Virus record (IMG/VR): IMGVR_UViG_3300049638_000482 | DNA from: a virus | Taxonomy: Duplodnaviria; Heunggongvirae; Uroviricota; Caudoviricetes | Strand: one strand, 5' to 3' | Length of the DNA: 26,457 nucleotides | Shown: positions 16,538 through 23,101 of the stretch, one piece after another | How the letters are laid out: the number at the start of each line of letters is the position of its first letter | How positions within the stretch are numbered: position 1 is the stretch's first letter | Notes under the pieces: model-generated | Seen by the model: only the letters and a program-made list of their open reading frames with translations | The model's database searches: none | What the model was told of the DNA's origin: nothing | Translations under genes and position numbers: made by a program

Positions 16538-16641
16538 TCCACTCCTAGGGTGCAAGACAGCACCCCGAACGGGAATCACCGGGTATTGCGGCAAGGCCGG
16601 TTTTCGGCGTCAATTTTAAAAACTGTTGAAAGGTGTATATT

Positions 16642-17337
16642 ATGGCTTACACACTGGCGGATTTCGCTGATAACAAGGAGGCCCTCGAGGAAATCACGAG
16701 GGCTGTGTTCGATCCCATTGCGCAGCAGGCTTCCCCGGAGGTTGCTGCGGCGTTCTCTCAGGTTGCATTTAACGTGATGAGCTATGGTGCTCCGTGGGAA
16801 CTGTACACCGCTGGTCAGTTCCGCGCTCTTGATAAGGTCACCGCGAAGAATATCATCCGTTATGTGGGTCTCCCCGAGAATGTTTACCAGAGCGCTTGCA
16901 AGGAGGGCTTCGTGCTTCACATGAAGCCGCAGGACATTGCAGCCGCTTGCAGCTTCGTGCAGAACGCCCCAGAGATTAAGATTGGTTACTTCCAGTACAA
17001 CCAGTCTACGGGTAAGTCGGAGAAGGTTCAGGATGTGAGTGTCCCTGTGTTCTCTCAGGCATTCCTTCAGGCTGTGTACAGCAAGACCGCTTCCAGCTTT
17101 GCCAAGCTTCAGGATGATTTTGCTAAGGCTCGTCGCAATGAGAAGTCTGACCTGTTGAAGGGCAACCGTAAGGTGGCTCTGCTCAGCCTGAACACTGATA
17201 GCTGGGTTTCTCTGCCTGATGAGGGTAAGATTCCGGCTTATTCGGTTAGCGTGGACCAGTTCACTCAGGCCACGGGTATTCAGCCGACTCAGCTGGGTAT
17301 TGGACCGAAGAGCCGCAGCTTCATCGTGCAGATCTGA
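16642..17337 (+). CDS. Hypothetical protein, probably highly expressed
   Basis: AAAGGTG RBS; strongly biased codons (AAG, GAG, GGT, TTC, CAG); followed by a strong terminator. Confidence 0.8.
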   Translation: MAYTLADFADNKEALEEITRAVFDPIAQQASPEVAAAFSQVAFNVMSYGAPWELYTAGQFRALDKVTAKNIIRYVGLPENVYQSACKEGFVLHMKPQDIAAACSFVQNAPEIKIGYFQYNQSTGKSEKVQDVSVPVFSQAFLQAVYSKTASSFAKLQDDFAKARRNEKSDLLKGNRKVALLSLNTDSWVSLPDEGKIPAYSVSVDQFTQATGIQPTQLGIGPKSRSFIVQI

Positions 17338-17350
17338 TAACAAGGAGAGC

Positions 17351-17388
17351 AACAAGCCCACCGTCTTGTGAAAGCGGTGGGCTTGTTT
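17351..17388 (+). terminator. Rho-independent terminator
   Basis: AACAAGCCCACCG-N11-CGGTGGGCTTGTT, 13-bp perfect stem ending in TTT. Confidence 0.75.
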
Positions 17389-17453
17389 CATGAAAGGGGA
17401 GTTGGGGAGGCGTGCGGGAGAGTCGAGGAGGAATAGTGCAATCTATTCAGAGA

Positions 17454-17462
17454 TGGTAGAAT
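17454..17462 (+). promoter_or_regulatory. Extended -10 promoter element (TGG-TAGAAT)
   Basis: In the roughly 250-bp non-coding gap after the terminator. Confidence 0.35.
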
Positions 17463-17594
17463 CCCTTGGGAAGCCGGGTATTATTTATGGCGCGTTTCCA
17501 TTCGTGCCGCCTAGCAGCTCAATCAGGGTATTTTTGATTAGGCATCTTTAGAAACTATCTCTAAAGATGGTGTAGGATAGTAAGGTGAGTTCGT

Positions 17595-17975
17595 GTGGTC
17601 GATACAAGTTCGGAAAGGATATTGAAGTTGATGACATTCAGCCAAATCATAGAGTCTATGGGCAAGAATAATACTTATCATATCAACGAGAACCTTGACG
17701 TATGCACCACTGGTGGGGAAAACAATAAAAGATTTTTCCGTGTCAAGTGGGAGACGCTTAATTATCTGACGCCTCAGGACTATCTCAGGGCGCTTCATAA
17801 GGCCAATATCAAGGGTTATGAGGTTTGGAAGACCACCCACCATTCAATGGATTTCCCTTTTACCGAAGAAGGGTATGAGAAAGCCGTAACGTATGTAGGT
17901 GTTGTGGAGCATCATAACCTCTTGGTGCGCAAGTTCTATCAGGAGTTCTGTAAGCTTAATATCCAGGCAGTCTGA
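17595..17975 (+). CDS. Hypothetical protein (AT-richer; start uncertain, GTG 17595 or ATG 17631)
   Basis: 126-aa open frame; composition differs from the core genes. Confidence 0.6.
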   Translation: MVDTSSERILKLMTFSQIIESMGKNNTYHINENLDVCTTGGENNKRFFRVKWETLNYLTPQDYLRALHKANIKGYEVWKTTHHSMDFPFTEEGYEKAVTYVGVVEHHNLLVRKFYQEFCKLNIQAV

Positions 17976-18019
17976 CCGCCGCCTAGGGTATTACTCAGCC
18001 ATGAAAAAGTGTAACCAAA

Positions 18020-18316
18020 ATGTGCAAAGCAACATTCATCCGAAAATACTACGGCTCAGGGTATTACGCCCACATGGTTTATCTTGATTATGAGTACCGT
18101 GGTCACGAGTACACAGTGTATGAGAACCGTGCCCAAGGCAACGAGCCTCTCTCATGTCAGCACCACGCCGAGCAAAACCGCATAGACCGCCTAATAGAGA
18201 AGAAAGAGCATAAAGGGGCTACGCAGTCTACCCCTTGCCGTTATGAAGACACTCCGGAATACGCCGTTGACCAGTTTTTCAACTATATCAATGGTAAACA
18301 GTCGGACTTCAATTAG
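18020..18316 (+). CDS. Small phage-type hypothetical protein
   Basis: RKYYGSGYYAHMVYLDYEYRGHEY resembles, from recall only, a recurrent hypothetical in gut phage/prophage genomes. Confidence 0.65.
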   Translation: MCKATFIRKYYGSGYYAHMVYLDYEYRGHEYTVYENRAQGNEPLSCQHHAEQNRIDRLIEKKEHKGATQSTPCRYEDTPEYAVDQFFNYINGKQSDFN

Positions 18317-18397
18317 ATAGTCAGTGCTGAGAGGTCGCGGTGGCTTATGACGGTCAGCCCGGCAGACCTTTGCTAATCAACGAAAGAGGTTTAAGTT

Positions 18398-18937
18398 ATG
18401 GAAAATCTAGTTGTTTTCGCTCACGGTAAGTACGTTTCGCTACCAGAGGGTATTACTGGCGACGAGAAGTTGGTGGCTATCATTCTTACAGGCAAGCTTG
18501 AAGGTATGGTGCTTTTCTTCCGTTCTACTGAGTTGCGTATGGTTCAGCTGAGTGGTTTGCTTGCCAAGGAGAACTCAACCCGGTATGTGATTCAGGGTTA
18601 TTGGGGTAATAAGACGACTATTGTGGGTGCCAAGGTCAGGTACTTCCTCATTAACCGGAGCTACATGCAGATTCTTGGTAACGAGGAGAATATCAGGGAG
18701 TCTCTGCAAGTCTGGCTGGACAGCCTCGACTCCAGGTATTACAACACTGCCACGCCCGATGAGTGGCAGGAGAGCTTCTACACATTCATCAAGAAGTCCG
18801 CCGAAGAAGGTCTGTATCAGAACGCGCAGGATGGTTCAGAAGACGAAGGCTCTTCGGAAGGCGGTCAGGGTGGCGAGGATAGTCTCAGCCTAGAAGCTTT
18901 CCAGAAGCTTGTCGCAGAGGACTACAATAGGGGCTGA
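18398..18937 (+). CDS. Hypothetical protein
   Basis: GAGGT RBS; core-like codon usage; stop 1 nt before the next start. Confidence 0.75.
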   Translation: MENLVVFAHGKYVSLPEGITGDEKLVAIILTGKLEGMVLFFRSTELRMVQLSGLLAKENSTRYVIQGYWGNKTTIVGAKVRYFLINRSYMQILGNEENIRESLQVWLDSLDSRYYNTATPDEWQESFYTFIKKSAEEGLYQNAQDGSEDEGSSEGGQGGEDSLSLEAFQKLVAEDYNRG

Positions 18938-18938
18938 C

Positions 18939-19559
18939 ATGACAATGGATAGGCTAACAGTCCGCGAATTCCTTAAGTGGGCTTCCGGCAATTCTCAACC
19001 CAAGGAGGGCGTGGGTATTTACAAGGGCTTGCCCATTACGGTGAGGTCTTTCTATCAGCGTGCCTTGGTGAAGAACGGCATCGTCGATGACCACTATAAA
19101 GGCGGCGAGAAGCGTCTCATGCTGTGCCCCTTGCATGGCGACGAGAAGCCCTCAATGGGTACGATAATCGATAGTGACGGCCTCGAAATCTTCAATTGCT
19201 TCGGTTGTAAGAGAGCTGGTACGGTTGAGGATTTGGCTCACGGTGTTGAAGTTAAGCTACACCGAAAGTTCTATAATACCCCCTTGGAGTGGGTTGTTCG
19301 CTCATGCAGTGGCGACCTCGGGTATTCAGAAATGCTTCGCTTCGAGGCCGCAGCACAGAAAGAGTCCCACGAGGAAGCCTCCCTCGGGTATTCACCTTCC
19401 GATGCTGCAATCCTTAAGAGCGTTAATACCGGGTCATCATTAAGAAAAAGTGATATAGTCGAGGAATACGCATCTTTGGCGGAAGACCTTCGTAAGAATA
19501 AAGTTTTGGATTTGAACGCTTTGCAGCGTACTTTCATTGCCAGTTTTCTGGCTGTTTAG
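18939..19559 (+). CDS. Stand-alone CHC2 (DnaG primase-type) zinc-finger protein
   Basis: LCPLHGDEKPS...FNCFGCKRAG; no TOPRIM catalytic motifs in the ORF. Confidence 0.8.
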   Translation: MTMDRLTVREFLKWASGNSQPKEGVGIYKGLPITVRSFYQRALVKNGIVDDHYKGGEKRLMLCPLHGDEKPSMGTIIDSDGLEIFNCFGCKRAGTVEDLAHGVEVKLHRKFYNTPLEWVVRSCSGDLGYSEMLRFEAAAQKESHEEASLGYSPSDAAILKSVNTGSSLRKSDIVEEYASLAEDLRKNKVLDLNALQRTFIASFLAV

Positions 19560-19582
19560 GTTTAATGGTTAGGTGGTTTATC

Positions 19583-19855
19583 ATGCCGTATGGTTATGGT
19601 CGCAGAAGAGTTAGTAATCCGTATGTCGCCGCGATGCGTCGTCAGCAGAGGATGTATCGTCAGCCTCGTCCACGATATGTCGTGACGAATTATAATGGTA
19701 CTGCGTGGGCTTGCAGGCGTGGTGGTACACATTGGACGAACCTGTTCGTCCAAGCTGATCAGTTCCGCTCTCAAGAGGAGGCAATGGAAGCCGTTAGGGT
19801 ATTGCCCGGCAGCCAGATTGTTGCCATTCCTCCGAGCATGTGGAAGACCCGCTAA
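19583..19855 (+). CDS. Small Arg-rich basic hypothetical protein
   Basis: AGGTGG 6 nt before ATG 19583; RRRV...RRQQRMYRQPRPR. Confidence 0.65.
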   Translation: MPYGYGRRRVSNPYVAAMRRQQRMYRQPRPRYVVTNYNGTAWACRRGGTHWTNLFVQADQFRSQEEAMEAVRVLPGSQIVAIPPSMWKTR

Positions 19856-19887
19856 AGTTGAGGTCGCTCGCGGGGTGTCGAAGTCAG

Positions 19888-19925
19888 GAAGCCTTGCACC
19901 TAAAGATGGTGTGGGGCTTCTTTTA
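19888..19925 (+). terminator. Rho-independent terminator
   Basis: GAAGCCTTGCACC-TAAAGAT-GGTGTGGGGCTTC (13 bp with 3 G-U pairs) followed by TTTT. Confidence 0.65.
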
Positions 19926-19933
19926 CATTGTAA

Positions 19934-20899
19934 ATGGTGGTCGTGATGGATTCTATCTCCTCTGTCAGTATCAATACGCCTCTTCTGTCTAATGATGAGG
20001 TCGTTGTCGGTCTTGATATTTCCACGGTCAGTACAGGTGTGGCTGTGCTTTCGAACCAGGGTATTAAAGTGGCGAACATTGATGTGTCCCACGCCGCTTC
20101 TAAGAATGATGTCTTTGAGACCATCAAGCGCCGACTTTCCTTAGAGAAGCAGCTCTCTGATATGCTGGATGGTTTGGGTATTAAGTGGCTTGTCGTTGAG
20201 GACGTTTTTATGGGCACTAATGCCACCACATATAAGGAGCTTGTGAATCTTAATAATGTCCCCGACGAGCTGCTTGTCAAGGGCATTCTTCGCACCACGC
20301 AGCCTATCGAAGACGTTTTAGTCAGGGTTCAAAGTCGCGTTTGGAAGTCTTGGATTCGACCCAAGATTCAGGACCAGGGTGGAATTATTCATGATGGCGG
20401 GCGCTATTTGTCTGATAAGCAGGTTGTCCGTCAGAGCCTATCGGCATGGGGTATTAACCCTGATTCTTTGGGTGGCGGCAAAGGCAACCAAGACCGGTGC
20501 GATGCCTTCGGAATGGCTTTCGGGTTGATTATCAACAAGGAAGATTCCGAGGGGGAGAGCGGCAGAGACGGGGAGGCTGAAGGCGGAGATGGCGCTCGCG
20601 AGGGCACCGAAAGTCCTCTGTCTGCTTTTGAGATGTGGTATCAGAAGGACTTGAAGGATGACCCTTCGTTCAAGGACGCTCTCCACGGTCGCCAAGAGAC
20701 GGTTCTGAGTAAAGTAGAGTTCAACCGTGTGGTTACTCAGGGCTATGACTCTTTCAAGAAATGGCTCGATGATACAGCCACGGACGCCTCCCGGGTATTC
20801 ATCGTACCCAATGCCAGTCTCGGTGCTCTTGGTAAGAAGCTTGGTTTTTCAGTGGTGTGGGGCGGAGCCGATTTCGCGTTCTGCCGCAAAGGACGGTGA
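19934..20899 (+). CDS. RuvC-like Holliday junction resolvase with C-terminal extension
   Basis: VVGLDISTVSTGVAVL, LVVEDVF, VWKSWI, DRCDAFGMA match the RuvC/RNase H catalytic D, E, D..D layout. Confidence 0.8.
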   Translation: MVVVMDSISSVSINTPLLSNDEVVVGLDISTVSTGVAVLSNQGIKVANIDVSHAASKNDVFETIKRRLSLEKQLSDMLDGLGIKWLVVEDVFMGTNATTYKELVNLNNVPDELLVKGILRTTQPIEDVLVRVQSRVWKSWIRPKIQDQGGIIHDGGRYLSDKQVVRQSLSAWGINPDSLGGGKGNQDRCDAFGMAFGLIINKEDSEGESGRDGEAEGGDGAREGTESPLSAFEMWYQKDLKDDPSFKDALHGRQETVLSKVEFNRVVTQGYDSFKKWLDDTATDASRVFIVPNASLGALGKKLGFSVVWGGADFAFCRKGR

Positions 20900-20904
20900 T
20901 TATT

Positions 20905-21507
20905 ATGGGTTTCTTCAGTAATCTTTGGAGTGGCGCCGGAGCGGGCATTGGTTATAGTCTAAGTAACCATATCATGAACCACTTCAATAAAGGCCAAAAT
21001 CAGCAACAGCAGGAAGGTCAAGGAATGCAAGGTCAGATTGTTCCGAGTCAAGGTCAGCAGGTGCCGCAGATACCGATGAGCGGCTACCCACAGCAGGTCA
21101 TGCCAATGGGAGGTCAGATGCCTATGGAAGGTCAGATGTACCCTCAGCCCGTGGCCGGTCAGATGTACCTTCAGCCCGTGGCCGGTCAGATGTATCCTCA
21201 GCAGCAAATGATGCCTATGATGGGTTATCAGCCGAAGAGAGTCACTGATAGAGATGCCCTGACGCTGATTCAGCTGGCAGTACCGGGTATTCAGGTTTTG
21301 GATTGTGAGTACATCGATGACTGCCCTCCGTACTTCACTCATATCTGCGGCTCCAGAACCATGCGTGAAGACCCCATCTGCCAAATTCCTCCTAACATCG
21401 TTAATGTTCAGAATGTTGATGGCGTGATGTATGCCATCCCGGTATTCTATTGCGGAAGGTGCCACGAGTTGGTTATTTATGCTGGAGCCTACCGCGACGT
21501 GTACTGA
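20905..21507 (+). CDS. Q/P/M/G-rich low-complexity protein with C-terminal Cys-rich domain
   Basis: MGFFSNLWSGAGAGIG start; GQMYPQPVA repeats; C-terminal C..C..C..C..CGRC. Confidence 0.75.
   Translation: MGFFSNLWSGAGAGIGYSLSNHIMNHFNKGQNQQQQEGQGMQGQIVPSQGQQVPQIPMSGYPQQVMPMGGQMPMEGQMYPQPVAGQMYLQPVAGQMYPQQQMMPMMGYQPKRVTDRDALTLIQLAVPGIQVLDCEYIDDCPPYFTHICGSRTMREDPICQIPPNIVNVQNVDGVMYAIPVFYCGRCHELVIYAGAYRDVY
21130..21202 (+). repeat. 27-bp coding tandem repeat (GQMYPQPVA), about 2.7 units
   Basis: GGTCAGATGTACC(C/T)TCAGCCCGTGGCC at 21130 and 21157, partial at 21184. Confidence 0.9.
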
Positions 21508-21511
21508 TATG

Positions 21512-21520
21512 TGGTAAGAT
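21512..21520 (+). promoter_or_regulatory. Extended -10 promoter element (TGG-TAAGAT)
   Basis: Upstream of the AAGGAG RBS of the ligase gene. Confidence 0.45.
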
Positions 21521-21560
21521 ATAACTAGTCCCGGTTTTAGCATAGTAAGGAGCAGTAGAG

Positions 21561-22979
21561 TTGGCTAATTTGCAGTATGTGCTTGATAATGTCCTCGACA
21601 CGGATAATATGCCTTCTGATGTCGCTAATGAGCTTGAGGAGCTTGTCAGCGAGTGCAACGTGGCGTATGCGAAGGGCGAGCCTATCGTCGAGGATTCAGT
21701 CTATGATTACCTTAAGGACAAGTTGCAGCAGGTCATGCCTGACAGCCCCCTGCTGAACGAGACCTACGAGGAGACCGCTCAGGAGGTGGAAGACGCGCAG
21801 GAGGGAGCGGAAAGTGCTGAGGGTGCGGAAGGCGCGGACGATGAGGCCTCCTCGGGTATTCAGTCTCAGGACTCTTCTCGTCCTGACCCCAGGGGGTATT
21901 TCTCCGCCGTAGGCAAGTGGGGTAACCTCCTTGAGGAGCACCCTATGATGTCTATCCAGACCATCAAGTCCTTCAATGATTCTGAGTTCTGGGATTTCAT
22001 CAACATTCTCGATCCTAACGGTGATTCCGTCTTTTGCAGCTATAAGATTAACGGTCACGGTATTCGTCTCGTGTATAACGATGGTGATTTGGTTTCCGCC
22101 ACTTCCAGGGCGCGTCGTGGTCGTGGTAGCGATATTCTTGACAAGGTAAGCCAAGTGGTGCCCACCCATAATCCCGACCTTGAGGGTCTTGGCGAGGTTG
22201 AGATTCGTGGTGAGCTGTGCCTCCCTCTGGCTAATCTTAACAAGGCGCGTGAGTATAATCCTGATATTAAGTCGGCTTTCAGCGCCGTGTCCTCGCTCCT
22301 TGGAGCTGATAGCGGTGAGTATGTTAAGCTGCTCGATTTGTTGTCGTATAATGTTTTTACCCAAGATGGCTTAATCTTCGATAAGAAAAGTGATGAGTAC
22401 GATTGGTTGGCTAATCATGGGTTCAAGACGCCCGAATGTGCAATTGTCGAGTTCTCCGCTGAAGATCTTTCTTCAGGCGCTAAGGTACTGGAAGCATTCA
22501 AGGAAGTGCTGAGTTCGTTTGAGGAATCTTATGACGATTTCGGGTATTTCTGTGATGGTCTCGTGGTGCAAGTCGACGACAATGCGCGTTTCGCGGAATT
22601 AGGCGATGATGGGGTTCGTAATTTCGGCAACATTGCATTGAAAGTCGGTCTGTGGAAGCAGGAAGGCTATGTGGGTCGCGTCGTAAGGATTGAATGGACC
22701 AAGGGAATGTCCAAGATGTCCCCAGTTGCCATCGTCGAGGACCCTGATAACCCAGGTTCTGGGCAGGGGGTATTGGTTGCGCAAGGTAATCGCCCGAGTC
22801 GTGTCCCTCTGTATGAGCCGGCTAATATCCTTGTGCTGGGCGTTCAGCCGGGTAGTATGCTGCATTTCAATTATGGTGGCGAGAGTGCTGTGGTGCCGAC
22901 CGATGAAAGCGGTCGCCCGTTGAAGAACACATCGGCTACCGAGCGTTTCAATAAGTGGCTTGAGAACAACGTTGATTAG
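21561..22979 (+). CDS. ligA: NAD+-dependent DNA ligase-like protein (domain Ia, adenylation and OB domains; no Zn finger, HhH or BRCT)
   Basis: TTG start after AAGGAG; AY..GEPIVEDSVYDYL, HPMMSI, YKING, EIRGE, DGLVVQ, IALK, IEW...SPVA. Several motifs are atypical. Confidence 0.8.
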   Translation: MANLQYVLDNVLDTDNMPSDVANELEELVSECNVAYAKGEPIVEDSVYDYLKDKLQQVMPDSPLLNETYEETAQEVEDAQEGAESAEGAEGADDEASSGIQSQDSSRPDPRGYFSAVGKWGNLLEEHPMMSIQTIKSFNDSEFWDFINILDPNGDSVFCSYKINGHGIRLVYNDGDLVSATSRARRGRGSDILDKVSQVVPTHNPDLEGLGEVEIRGELCLPLANLNKAREYNPDIKSAFSAVSSLLGADSGEYVKLLDLLSYNVFTQDGLIFDKKSDEYDWLANHGFKTPECAIVEFSAEDLSSGAKVLEAFKEVLSSFEESYDDFGYFCDGLVVQVDDNARFAELGDDGVRNFGNIALKVGLWKQEGYVGRVVRIEWTKGMSKMSPVAIVEDPDNPGSGQGVLVAQGNRPSRVPLYEPANILVLGVQPGSMLHFNYGGESAVVPTDESGRPLKNTSATERFNKWLENNVD

Positions 22980-22989
22980 CAGGGTAAAT

Positions 22990-23030
22990 TCAAGGGGCGG
23001 CACCGTCGTGGGAGCGATGCCGCCCCTTGA
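22990..23030 (+). terminator. GC-rich stem-loop after the ligase gene
   Basis: TCAAGGGGCGGCA...TGCCGCCCCTTGA, 13-bp perfect stem; no clear U-tract. Confidence 0.6.
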
Positions 23031-23101
23031 TGCTACCCACGGGTATTATGCCATGTCAGGGTTGGTTGGTGTTTTAGTGTCGTTTTGAAAGGGCGCGTGC
23101 T

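Noticed and set aside
18320-18375. Possible structured ncRNA or riboswitch between genes
   Set aside because: Only short, weak complementary segments (AGGTC/GACCT, GCTGA/TCAGC); no recognisable family.
17563-19912. Repeated 12-mer TAAAGATGGTGT at 17563 and 19901
   Set aside because: Only two copies in different contexts (one is a terminator loop); insufficient to call a regulatory site.
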